From Basidiobolus meristosporus CBS 931.73 (Eukaryota > Fungi > Basidiobolomycota): a DNA stretch of 64,000 nucleotides. The stretch spans positions 124,001 through 188,000 of the forward strand of contig MCFE01000016.1 in the NCBI GenBank assembly GCA_002104905.1, given 5' to 3'. The notes beneath the pieces are model-generated. The model saw only the letters and a list, made by a program, of their open reading frames with translations. It did not search any database and was not told the origin of the DNA. Positions 24,161 through 37,399 of this stretch are shown piece after piece. Each line of letters starts with the position of its first letter. The first letter of the stretch is position 1. The position numbers and the translations under genes were made by a program.

Positions 24161-25981
24161 TATAGCAGAGTCATTTGTGGTTATATCCAATACAAGGCAT
24201 GGTATGGATATACCCAGAATGCTGGGGACCTGAGAATACCTTGGTGCACAGCATTTGTCAGGGAGTTATCCTGAAATTTGTGAAGGATGTAATGCAGTTA
24301 GACTTTAAGGTAGCAAAGAAGCTGAAGAAGGTCATATATACTGTATTTCATGGAACTCAAAGTCATGAGTATGAGTGACATCAAATACCTACAAATAACC
24401 CATTACAAGTCCACTATATTTTCAAACAAAGCTAGTGTAAGATGATAAGGTTTTGTTCACTCTAGTGAGCACAAAAACTCTATATAAGCCTTAGGGGTAG
24501 GTTTGATCAGTGCCAAAGCCAACCCTGATATTATCATTGCAGCATCCCAAGATACCAGATTCAAAAATAGCTCAGGCCACCACAACTATGGGGGTACTAT
24601 AAGTCTGAGCACTTAGGGGTTGCTGACAAATAGGGAGTTTGGCCTTGAATGTATTCACAGGACTTGCACTGATTTATATTAGGGTTACAGCAGCTTCTAA
24701 TATGCAACTAACAGATTAAGTGCTAACCAAGTAGTGCCCAATGTAGGCTGTGGCAGCTGACTCATTTGATTGTACATCATCATCTAATGATATGTTGCAT
24801 TATATAACTGTACTTGTCTGTTAGAATCTGCTGATGCATATACAGATCAACATTACTGACTTGGAAAATAACACTGACACACTGTTATGCTTGACACCGT
24901 ACTGAATAAACTGACTAAATCTAAGCAAATTTAAGCATGGAATCTGTAGATCACAATGATGGCACAAATTGAATTAATGCATATGCTGTCAATATTGGTA
25001 TGTCTAAGAATGTAACAAAAGTCCTCAATAGACCTCATAGAATATTGCAGGTCTGCAATGAATGAAAAATAACAGGCACATACTAAAATTGAACTTGAGG
25101 TTAAGCCAAATACTTTGCTATGAGTTAAGCACATGCAGGTGGAAATATAAGGATAAATAAAACACTGATGCTTCAGCTTAAAATGCAAAGTGGGACTTAA
25201 AGCTATCAAATAATTTCAGGGATGGGACTAGACTGATTTGAAACCTTTGCACTGTTATTAAGGTCTTGCTCAAATAAATTGATACAAGTTGCTGTAGTCT
25301 ACTATAGGTTTTTTATTCTTCAAGTGGATGTCAAAGCTTCAATGGTGTGGCTTCTGAGGGCATGCATAAATGGTAGCCCGATAGGTTGATCAACCAGAAT
25401 GTTGCTGAAATTTTGGACTATTTGATAGTTGTCAGCAGCTGAAGTGTACTAGCAACCCTGTACTAGTTCTAGCCATTTTTGGACTCATTTCAAACTCTTA
25501 ACTTGTCACTTTCTTCAGATCAGTGAGTCCATTACTATTCCCCTGCAATCATTTTGAGCTAGCCATTTTACCAAAGGTGATGTATCAGCCCTAAAAATAC
25601 TGCAGCATGCCACATAGTATTACTGCTGAGACATGGCCCTAACTTGGTGTCACAGCTGTATATCAACTACAAGGTAGCAATACTCAGTTTTATTATATAC
25701 ACCTACCACTTAACCTTTAACACCACTTTGGTTAGATCCTTGCATCAAAACACTGCTAAACTTGCAACAAGTTACAAGCATTAGTTGCCTAAGTCTATAG
25801 TAAAGATGGCCTTCACCTGCAGATATCACTACACAAACACTTTCCCTACTAACACAAAGCTGCTAAAATAATGGACTATTTGGCACAATTAAGCAGCTAT
25901 AGATATGTTCTACAACTCTAAGCTGTGCTGATCATTTGCAGGCCTCATCAACAGGCCTACCTTTGCCACTTTCTTCAGATC

Positions 25982-28900
25982 TGCTAGAGTCAAGTTCAAA
26001 TTAGGACTCTTGCCAAACACATTGCAGTAATCCTGTAGCTGTCACAGAATGCTCCTGAACATTGAGCTACACCCCTCACTTAGTGTCACCAGTGTATCAC
26101 CTCTATAATGGTATAAATACTCCGCTTCTTTGTGAATATACAACTGTTGAATTGTTATGACTCTTAATCATTGAATTCCTTATATCTCAAACACCTCTTG
26201 AAACGCAGCAGGTTATGAGCCTCAATTGCTTTAGTCTATTGTAAGGATAACTTTGACTAGCTAATAGAACACCACAAGCTTGTACCTTATAGAGGAGAGA
26301 CTTGTTAGGAAGAACTTTTGACCTGACAAATCAATATGCAGATCCATCTTGCAAAAAGGAAGCTTTAAAACATACCAATAGGAGAAGAACTTGAACCCAA
26401 AGGAGCAGCAGAAAAAGCTGAGAAGTTTTAAGTGAAGGGGGGAATAGACTTGTTCCGTTGGATAGTGCCACATTGAGCCATGAGTGCCAAATGATGCCAT
26501 AGTGTGCCAGAGGGGCCAAATGAGCCTCTATCTGGCCACAGAGTGTGAAACATAGCTCCGCATCTTCATGCAAAGCAGCCCCTGTGTTTCACCCATTGTG
26601 TTGGAGAAAATCCATTTTTTGACCTTTTTTTTTGGATCAATGTTGTGCAGGATGTGCTAAAGCACAAGCAGATTGAAGATATGCATCTGGTACTCAATAC
26701 CCATGGCACTCTGAATCTAGCTCCTGTAGCTTGTATCATGTCACAAAAATGAATGGCACTATCTTGGTCCACTGGTACTATCTGACACTATAAGTGCTTT
26801 TTATAGATCTTACTTTAGGGCTAATATTTAAATATAGTGCCAGATAGTACCAGTGGACCAAGATAGTGCCATTCCTTTTTGTGACATAATGCAAGCTACA
26901 GGAGCTAGATTCAGAGTGCCATGGGTATTGAGTACCAGATGCATATCTTCACTTCTCCTGTGCTCTTACACATCCTCATCTACATTGATCCACAAAAAAA
27001 GGTCAAAAAATGGATTTTCTTCTGTGCAATGGGTGAAACACAGGGGCTGCTTTGCATGAAAATGCGGAGCTACATTTCACACTCTGTGGCCAAGTATAGG
27101 CTCACTTGACCTCTCTGGCACACTATGGCATCATTTGGCACTCATGGCTCAATGTGGCACTATCCAACGGAACAAGTCTAATGCCCTCAAAGCCATATAT
27201 ATCAAGATGCAATATTCCACTATTGAATAAGTTCATGATTCTAATACTGCCAAAGCAACATAGGAGTCCTTAGAGACAGCTTTTAGAGCAAAGTCTGTAT
27301 CAAGCAAGCTTTGTTTAAGAAGAAAGTTCTTCCGCATGAGTATGACATGCAGTCTGACCTTGTGCAGTGTGAATGGATGATTTTTTTATAAAGAACCCAG
27401 AAGGAGTGACCTAGCAGAAATAATCATTCAGAATGCTTCATTCATCTTGGAAAAGCATACAGAAAAGAAGGGAACGCAACAGAACCAAAGATTACCTGGT
27501 TGGTGTAACTACAGTTAGAGCTAGGACACTGCACCAGAAACTGCAAGAAGAAACATGCTGACAAAAAATACAAGCTAAAGGAGGTAAATCACCTAGCTTC
27601 AGAAGAGCAGTTTCTTATTACAGTAAAAGAAAGTGCAAGTAGCCATAGTAATGAATGGTATACTGACTCTCTAGCACCAACATTTTGTTTGCAGAAGCTA
27701 TAATGAATATAATATAAGTATATTGGTGGTACAAAGGAGTGCTTAGGCAATATGAAGACTATTCCTGCAAGAAAGGCTTACCTGGAAGAACACTCTGCAT
27801 GGGAAGCTACCATCAGTGGGTCTGGACAGCTCAGTCTGAGCTACTACTTGGGGGCTTAGAGATAAAAACTGACTGAAACACTCTGTTACAAGTCTTGATA
27901 TCAGAGTTTTAGTGGAGTAGGGAGTTGAGTTAGTATTGTATACAGTAAAACTTGAACTGATTTTTATTGCGCTTGCAGCAGCTGCTAATATATAATTTGC
28001 CAGATCAATTGGGGACTAATTGGATTTCCTAATGTAGGTTGCAGCTGATGACTCATTTGATTGCTTTGCCATCACCCAATGAGATCCTACTTAATGACTG
28101 TATTTATGTCTGATAAGGATCTGCTGATTCATTTGCTAACTAATACTACTGGTTTGATAGATAACACTGATATACTGATAGGCTAAATATATAACTAATT
28201 GATTTGACAAAAAAATGTTCTAACTAAAACATTCAAGCAGTAGATCAAAACAGCTCTATGTGCTTGTACAGCTAAAAACCCATGCTCAGCAAGTGATCAA
28301 CAACCAGGGACTGAGGCTTGTTCTTACTAAGCTCAGCTGCGCAATTATGTGTGAGAAAAGAAAAGAAACTGGCTTTGGGAATCAGAGTTCACAATATTTG
28401 CAAGTTAAGAATTAAGATAGCTGTATTTGGGTATGCTAACACTGTTAAAAGTGCCTGAGAGACATTGTAAAGGAGGCTAGGACATATTGGTTAGTAAAAA
28501 GGAGCCAACAAGTGTAAAACCAACATGTTCTTGGCCGCCATTACTTTACTCTAATCAAATCTAGTGTTTGCAAGGGATGTTGACTTGGCAAACAAGCTAG
28601 AGAGCATTTCAGAAGCTCAGGAGGCATAATACTATCAAAATACTAGCTACTATGTGCTCACACATTTGTGAGCCTATGAGGATGTTATTCCTTAGAACCA
28701 AGAGGTATCTCATGAGGTTAATTGATCACAAGACAAGATATGTATGAATGTACTTTCCACAGACAAAGGTTGAGGCTCTGCAAATATTTAAGCACTTTAA
28801 GTACAAGGCACAAACCCAAACTGGGGAGGATTAATGGCTTTGAGGTAATAATGCAGCAGAGTACTGCTCTAAATGGTGTGCAAAGTGCTATGCAACTACC

Positions 28901-30710
28901 AGTACACTTCAGCAGACCACTGTTCCACACACTCAACAGCAAAATGAAGTAGCACAATGTGCAAGTAGGAGAATAGTGGGGTTGGGAAGATTTGTGCTAC
29001 CAGAAAAGGGAACAAACTATAAATGCTTAGCTGAATCTGCTACTACAAAAGTATACTTCAGAAAAAGTTACCAACAATAACATGACATGACATGACTCCA
29101 TTATCACTGAAGCATACACAAGTAAAAAACCAGGCCCTTAGCACTTCATAATCCTTGGCAGTGAATGTTGCCAGCAAATTCTGAACAAAATATGCTCAAA
29201 GTTAAAATCAATGAGGAGAAATGGGATCTTTGTTGGGTGTTGTGAAGATATGGGCAGGTATCAAGTGCTTGATGGCAAAATTGCAAAGCTAATCACCAGC
29301 AGGGATGTTGTATGTGAGAATACTATAGATCAGAGAGCTACTGGGATCATTGGCCAATGGCCTGATAGTGCAGTCACCACCAATGAGGGAGATACATACT
29401 AAAATAGCCAGATACAAAAGAAGATTCTACAAGTCACAGATTAGATCAGAACATTTCAGTTAGCAGATCTACCAGAATAAGAGGTGCCTCTGGATCTTGG
29501 AGGCAGACATACAGTGAAGATATTGGAGTTTATTTTGTGTTATGTGCCAAACCTCCAAATTTGGGACAAGTAATGCAAAAGGCCAGGTATTGGTATGTGC
29601 GGCAAGTCATTCAGGGGGAGTACCATTTGTGGATCAAGGCAAAATTATTGGCACTCAAGATTCCCCAAATGGGAGAAAATCAATAGAATGCTGATGGGAC
29701 TACAAGATCCAGTTCCAAGAATCTGACTTCATGAAGCATTTGTCACAGTGTCCAAGCTTAACTCCATTAGAACAGTTCAAGCCCTGGTAAATGTATTGAA
29801 TCTAGATCTTCACCCAATGGATATCAAACAGCCTTTCAAGAAGTGAATCTGAAAGAAATATATATATGGAGCAGCCAAAAGTTCTTGCTGATCCAAAAAA
29901 CCTCTATAAGGCATAAGGACTCAATAGTTCTTATGTGGGCTTCTGCAGACACCTAGAGCACTGCATAATTAGACTAACACATATCCAGAGGAGATTGCAT
30001 TGATTAGTGGCACTGCAGAGCAAGGTGTTTTAGTGATCAGCTCAAAAAGATATGCATTTTGTTGGTTCACTATGTGAACCACCTAACAACCATTGCATCT
30101 GATTAACAGACACTTAAGCAGGCAAAATTAGATCTTTTTTGCAAGTTGGGCATGAAAGATGTTGCAAATTGACATACTTTGTTTAAATGAAGGTCAAACT
30201 GGACATATCTACATAGAGCATGTTGCAAAATCAGTCCAAGTATGTCATGGGAATTCTTAGATGCTTCAAAACAAAATACTTCAAGCCTGTGGCAGCCTCT
30301 ACGGACATTATCACAAAAAGAGCAAATCTCAGCCAGTTTGTGGTCAAAGCTGCTCAACTTTAGACCAAAACTTTCCCTATTAATTGATGATTGCAAGAGC
30401 AATTTACTTGATGACTTCTACATGCTTCATGACTACTGTTGCAGTGTTAATATGCAGTAATTAATGCAGATCTTGAATCTGATCAGATTGCAGCAGTTGA
30501 GCAAATTTTTAGATATCATCAAGTCACCATTAATGTGGCACTGGAGTATTCCAGAGCAGCTAATGGGCAGAGACCTGATGGTTATGGAGATTAATAATGG
30601 GATAGGGATCATATTAACACATGCCCCACCACTAGCTATGTATTTCAATATGCTGGTGCTGCTATCACTTGTATCATTCTTGCTATACCATGCACTTGGT
30701 GTCTGCTGAA
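25982..30710 (+). mobile_element. Degraded Ty1/copia family B element (gag, integrase, RT, RNase H) with nested MITE and repeat
   Basis: PBS GGTTATGAGCC at 26211, gag SKLCLRRKFF, CKGC.LGKQAREHF, and RT/RNase H remnants at 29.5-30.7 kb. 5' LTR start (25982) is tentative. Confidence 0.7.
26447..27178. mobile_element. Foldback MITE, 732 bp, almost fully palindromic (arms ~345 bp, ~90% identical, ~45-bp loop)
   Basis: TA|GACTTGTTCCGTTGG..CCAACGGAACAAGTC|TA, inserted in copia gag. Confidence 0.93.
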
Positions 30711-32329
30711 GCACATTAAACAATTTACAGACATTGTAAACCTTAAAGGGGCCTTACTTCCCCTACATGGACTGTGGCCACATATTAGCATCTGGAGTTG
30801 ACATTGCTTGTTCCAGATCTTGTGGCTTGCCACATTTGGGAAGATATCCCTCTTTGTAAGCATTGGATGGCTGTTGTCAAGATCTATGCAAATATCTTAT
30901 TTTGGTTGATCTCCCAACTAGGCTAATCTGCTCTGATGCCAAACCCTAGTGTTTCCTTTAGTATAAGGCTGTGTTGGCTATGTATTTTCTTTGTTAGTGG
31001 CGATTGCATCATCATGCAGCTGGCAAGTGATTTCAGTGGCTTTTGATTAGAGTTTTTCTCAAATCCAGCATCAATGCTCTTGTTCAGTTCCTGAATAAAA
31101 CCATTATACACCTGATATCCTTTAGTGTTTTAGCAATTACCACAAAAGATCCCTTTGTTACTCTCTGGTGTGTCCTATGAGTGCTGCTTGTCAGGGGTGT
31201 GATGGAAAACATCATTGCCAGATATCCAGGAGTGCTGGAGGTGCAATTTTTTGCCTGTTTATGCTTCAAAGGGTGCAAAGTTGTGTGGTGCCTGTTTCAG
31301 CATCTTTTTTTGTCTGCTTATTTCATCTTGCATTCCCTTGCCAGTGTCCTAACTTTTTATTGTAGCCATAGGAACCAGGTTTTCTTTTACTCTGCTGCAT
31401 TCCCTTCTTGGCTGAATGCTGCTTGGAGCAGATTCCAGCACTATCTTTAAATCTTTTTGCTTGATGAATATGCCTGGGTTCTTCATGAGAGAGTCCCCCT
31501 TTGACAGAATCTGAGGTCACATTGTCCTTGCTGCCCTTCACAGTAAGTATTAGTGGGTTGAATTTGTCTGGTAAGCTGCAAAGTGGACAAAATATCTCCT
31601 CTGTGCTATCTACACCAGCATTGATGCTGTTAAGTTCTTCTGCAAGCGTTTCAATTGTGTCAATGGGTTGTGACATGCCATTCTCTCATTGAAGAACTTT
31701 CTTTTTGAACCAAGCTTGCCTGAAAGAGACTTTACTTTAAAGAGGGCCTTGTTTAAAGTCTTAGGCTAACTTGGTATTAACTATATCATAGTCCCAGTGA
31801 TCGTAATTGTGTATGGTTTTGGCCAAGCCAATTTATAACAATTCAACACACTTAAATAATAGTGTCATAGTGTATATTCTGACTAGGAACACTATTGAAG
31901 CATTAAATTGTGATCTGCTGTGCACACCTAAATTACTCCCTGATTAGTTATTACCTTTGCTACTTGGTAACTGTTAGTCAGTGTACCTGCCTTACTTTAC
32001 AGTGCTATATAGGACCAGTATGCTAGCTATGTAGTTGGGTTTCAGAGAGGCATAACAGCTCTGTACTTTACCACAGAGTGTGAAATGTGTGTAGTATGAA
32101 AAGCAGTCCTTGTTTTTCACCTACTCTCTATAAGATAACTGCTTTCTTAGCTCGTGGTTGAAAATCAATGTTGCAAATGCTGCAATAATGGTTGGATAGA
32201 GTGGATACTCAAGTCTAATACTCCTTGTTCTAATAGACCAAGATATTGCCCTGAGTATCAGTGACATGCTGCAGACCTCTGCAGCAGTATACAGAATGCC
32301 TGATGCTGTGTTCAAAACTCATGAGTACA

Positions 32330-33330
32330 GCCTTTCCATATCTGGCACATTGATGGTCAAACATGGTTCAAGAATAGGTTTTCTCTAGCACAGGTAGTGA
32401 AGCACAGCAGCCACCATTGAGAAGCTGTAGATCCATGTATACCACTCTAGGTCCAGGTGTATATGTGCTATCCCTTCTCCAAGTACATCAAGGATGTTTT
32501 TAATGCTGCAATATCAGGCATTGCAAGCCTGCAATATACCCAAAGTGGCCCCTTTAACCAATATCCACAGAAAAGATAACATCTTGAAGTGGAATATAGC
32601 CTGCAAGACTGCCTTTCAGGCACTCAATAGTGGAGTTGCTAAGCTGCCATGATGAAAAGAACCAGGCTACAGAAACAAGTTATCCTTTTACCAAAGTACC
32701 TGGCAAACCAAGCCATTCCTAGTGAGGGGAATGAAGATGTCAAGAAGATAATCTATGATGAAGCCAGCACATTGCTAGTTCAGAATGAAATGCTCTACCA
32801 AGTTGCTGATGGAAGCTATATTGCCTATGGCCCTTATGTTGCTTGCTTAGATTTGTCACATTAGCTAAAAAATGGATAATGACATCTTGGAATTGAAGGA
32901 ATCTATAGCTGTGTCAAAACCAGAGCTGGGTGACTCAGAATTAAACAAGATATTGAGAAGTTAGTGAAAACATGCTCAAGGTGCAAATCAACCAAGGACA
33001 GCTATAGGGAATTCCCAAGCACTTTCCCTTAGAGCCTGTACAGCCATTTCAGAAATGGGATATTGGCCTCATTGGAAGACTGCCCACTACCAGAAAAGGC
33101 AACCAGTGATTCCTGGCAGCAATGGATTAAGCCACTAAATAGCCAGCTGTTAAAGCTGTACCAGTGACCAGTGCACATGAAGTTGTAAGTTTAATCTACC
33201 ATGAGATCCTGATGAAGTTCAGATGCCATTTAGAGATCTTCACTAATAACAGAATAATTTTGTGGCCAAGATATTGGATGTTTATCTGGAAATTCAGCAG
33301 ATTAGATACTTGAAGACTTTAGCAAATCAC
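32330..33330 (+). mobile_element. Ty3/gypsy pol fragment (RNase H to integrase)
   Basis: HLGIEG..TCSRC zinc-binding region and PVQPFQKWDIGLIGRLP core with many stops. Inverted homolog of 33.9-34.7 kb. Confidence 0.75.
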
Positions 33331-33859
33331 CCTACTCTGTAAATAATAATTTGATCCCCTGGGTGGAATCAGTCCAGTTGATCTGTCAAGATCCCACCAT
33401 CAGGCCTACATAATGCCTGCCGCTTTGAATTATTTATCCTTCTCTCAGTTTTGTGGAGAGATTGACATAATGTTTTGCTGAATACAGTGCTCCATTGGTT
33501 AATATACTTAACAGTGTTTTGTTACAAGTCCCAGTAAATGAGTAGTAGAGGAATAGGGTGTTTAGCTAGTATTTTATTTACCAAAACTTGACCTGATCTT
33601 TTTTGAGGCTCCATTAGTTCCTTGAATGCATAGTGTAGGTTGTGGCAAATGATGTATGATTGCATCATCATCACCCAATTGGATCTTACTTAATATTCCT
33701 ACACCTGCCTGATGTGAATCTGCTGATTCATCTGCTGACTAATACTACTGATTTGATAGACAATATAAATATAGTAATAGGCTAAACATAAACTAATTAA
33801 CTTGCCAAAGAACTAATCTAACATGAATATGCAAGCAGTAGATCATAGCATTTGTCCTG

Positions 33860-36540
33860 ATTAAAGCTGAGAGGGTTCTCCTGGTTCTCTTTTCTTGTGA
33901 TACTAATATTAAGATGGCTCACCATTGTCAGTAGGTCTCACAAGCTCTGGGATGTTCCCATTCTCTGACTGCTCCATTAAATACTTGATCAGCATTTCCC
34001 CAAAAAGTCCTTTGAATCACTCAATAACTCCATCAGTTCTAGGGTGAAATCCCAAGGGGTTCAAATGTTTGATCTGTGGCATATCCAGGTAAGCTTCCAA
34101 TGTCTTGGCCACAAAGTTTGCTCCTCTAATGGAGAATAATTCCACAGGGCATCCAAACCTCATCAGTAACTCATGGAAGATGAAGCTTGCAGCTACTTAA
34201 TCACTGGCTATTGGTACAACTCTGGTCACTGGCCATTTTGTGGCATAGTCAATTGGTATCAGGATCCACCAATTGCATTTCCAAGTTAAGGGCAGTCCTC
34301 CAATAAAGTCAATTTCCAATCTCTCAAATGGTCTTACAGGCTCAAAGGGAAAGTGTTTGGCAACTCTCTGTGGTTGACCTTGATTATGTGGCAACTTGGG
34401 CAGGTTTTTGCTATTATCTTAATATCTTGTTTCATTCAGGGCCACCATGCTCAAGCTTGTACAAGGCTGTAGGTTCCTTCAATTCCAAGATGTCTATATC
34501 CATTGTGTAGCTTGTATCTTAAATCCTGATATGCAACATAGGGGTAATAGGCAAAAGGATTTCCATCAACAATTCAGTAAAGTGTTTCATCCTGTGCCAC
34601 AAATTTGCTGGCTTCACCTGGATAATATTATTGACACCCTCCTCCACCTCACAAGGAATGGCTTGGTCCTCCAGGAACTTTGACAATAATCTGGGCTAAT
34701 CTGACTCAACATGCTGAGTAGTGAAACTTGTTCTAGTCTTTTTAGGCATCAGCAAACGTGTTGTTTTTCCTAGGCAGTAGACAATCTCCAGGTCCAATTG
34801 CTTAATGTATTCATTCCATCTTGTGATTCCACTGATTAGTACTTTCTGAGTAAATATAAACCTGATTTTGACATGTTCAGTCCTCACAGTGCACCTAACC
34901 AATTGAATGTAGCATCTCCAAGTTTTTAAGCTTTATGTTATGACCAGCATCTCTTCCTCTTGCACTGGGTAGGTTTGTTCTGCCAAGTTCAGTTTCTTAG
35001 TTTCAAAAGCCACAAGGTATGCCTTTCGCTCATGTTCTTGACTCAGTACTCCACCAATTGCATAATCCAAAGAATATGTGCAGTGAGCAAACACTTCTCT
35101 GAAGTCAGGTACACCTAGGGTTGGCATCTTGGCAAGTACATTTTGAACATCTCAAAGGCAGTCTAACAGGCTATGTCCCACTTCAAGATCTTGTCTTTCT
35201 TAAGGATATCAGTCAAAAGAGCTGCATTACTTGCAATGTGATTTACAAATCTCCAATAATTGGAAACTATTCCAGAAAACAATCTGAGCTCTGCAATGCT
35301 ATGAGGTAGCTTCTGATTCTTAATAGCTTCTACTTATTTAGGGTCTGAATTCACCCCAATACTAGTCACTCTGTGTCCCAGATATTCATTGTGCTCCTTG
35401 AAGAACAAACACTTTGCTAGCTTGGCAAATAGCATGTTCTCTCTTAGCTACTTCAAGACCTTCTCAATAAGCACTAACTGGTTATCTTCTGTCTTGCTGT
35501 ATCTGAATATGACATCTATGTATGTTACCACAAATCTGGCAAAGTACTGCTGGAAGATGGTTTGCATCAATATCATGACTGTTGCAGGGGCATAAGTGAT
35601 GCCCAAACTTGTGACTAAGTACTTGCAATGCCAATATCAGGTCCTGACTCTGATTTAGGATATCTTTTGGATTCACCCTCATCTGCTTGTATCCTGACAT
35701 GAGGGTAAGTTTGCAGAATATTGTGACCCTGTAAAGTTTGTCTAAGATCTCATCAATCTGCAGTATAGGGTACTTATTCTTCACAGTAACTGAATTTAGG
35801 GCTCTGTAGTCAATGCTCATCCTTGGTGATCCATCTTTCTTCTTTGCAACAAGCACTGGTGCCCCAGAGGGTGACTTCCTGGGCCTGATGTTGCCTTGTT
35901 CCAATAATGATCAATATGACTCTTCATCTCTTCCAAAACCAACAGATTTATTTTGTACAGTGTTCTTCTAATGGGGGACTCTCTCCTGTATCAACAATAT
36001 TATCCACATCTCTCACTCATGGCTGGTGTCCATTTTGTCTCAGAGGGCAGTACTCTGCAATATGTCCTGGCTGGTAACAATTCAAGCAAGGTTTGTTCTT
36101 TGTACATTCCTCTGAGGTAGGATTCTTCTGCAAAGCATCTGTTTCCATTAGCACTGCTTCTGATTGTATTCTTTCATAGTGACTGCAGCTTTTCTAACTA
36201 GTCACTGTAGGCTGTCCAACCCGAATTAGAGCTGAATCATAGGCAACGGCAATCTTGATGAAGTCTTCAATAGTCTGAGGTCCTCAAAAATTCACTTCCT
36301 TGCAAGTTCTCATGTTCAACCCATCTGTAAGGTATTTAAGTTGACCAAGGGGGTCCATTCTTTCACGTTGTCAGGTAGACATATTTACTTCAAGAGGTAT
36401 TCTTGAACCATTCCTTTCTTTCTAAGTGCCTTTGGCTTCCTCCTTTTTAGAGTCTGCAGGTGATGAGGCTCAAAAGCATTGGAAATTAGCTGCCAGTTAC
36501 TTCTATTAAAATGCATTTGATGTTTTAACCAAAAACACTA
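33860..36540 (-). mobile_element. Degraded Ty3/gypsy internal region (gag, RT, RNase H, integrase)
   Basis: RT SPSGAPVLVAKKKDGSPRMSIDYRALN (35482-35904), integrase PVRPFERLEIDFIGGLP..IDYATKWP (34197-34394) and a gag remnant at ~36.2-36.4 kb. Confidence 0.85.
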
Positions 36541-36559
36541 TTAGAATACCAGCTGAATA

Positions 36560-37395
36560 TCAGCTGAAAATTAGATGAATTACAAACTTGAGATTTTTCA
36601 CAGGGAAGTATTTCTCACAGCCTCCAATCAACATCCAAACACATATGCAACAATACAAGTGCAAGGATTGGATCAGCCGGATATATATTGATTCAAGTGG
36701 CATTCTGAAGCCATTTCTACCAAGTGTACATTGGAAACATTGGGAGTCATATATGGCCATTGTAGGAGTATTTATCCAGAAGCAGACCACCAATGGCACC
36801 TTGATGCATTTACAGCTCTTGCGCAAGAAGTTTGCAATGGAGTTTGAGTGGCTATACTACAAGCATAAAGCTGAGCATGTAGACGTATGCTGCTACTGTA
36901 TCCATTTGCTATTCCATCTTGCTTTGTGTGTGGGGAATATTGGGCCTTGCTTCACCTTTAGGAGTTTCTTATGGAGCAGATGTTTAGGGAGATAGGAAGA
37001 TAAGTCAAGGTGCAGGCGTTACTATACCCTCATCTCATTAAGAATATTGCCTCCAAGTCTGTCATGTATCTGATGAGTTGGCACATGGAGGACAGCCAGG
37101 AAGAATTGGAAAGTACAGAGGACAGATGTGCACATGGACACACCTATGCCTATGGCATTAAGCAGCTAAACAGCCCCAATGCATGAGTAATCAGTTGCGT
37201 AATGCAAAGTTGGGTTGGGTGCAACAAGCAACTAACTGCTATCAGGAAAGCTCTACCAAAGTATGCTGGGTTTCTCTTAGTCTCAAGCAAGTTTCTGCAA
37301 CATTCAATATGGAACTTACACAAACAACAGCCAGAGTGCACCTACAAGGGGGACTAGAATCCAGCAGGGAGTGGGAATGTACCGGCTAAATACAA
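36560..37395 (+). mobile_element. CACTA transposase 3' fragment
   Basis: MQQYKCKDWISRIYI..HLALCVGNIGPCFTF, homologous to 16724-17278. Confidence 0.85.
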
Positions 37396-37399
37396 AAAA

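Noticed and set aside
24170-25980. CpG-depleted unassigned sequence, considered as a LINE remnant
   Set aside because: No RT or endonuclease motif recognised.
30710-32330. ORF 31323-31676 and surrounding sequence, possibly a gypsy gag region
   Set aside because: CpG-depleted and probably TE-derived, but no motif I can assign.
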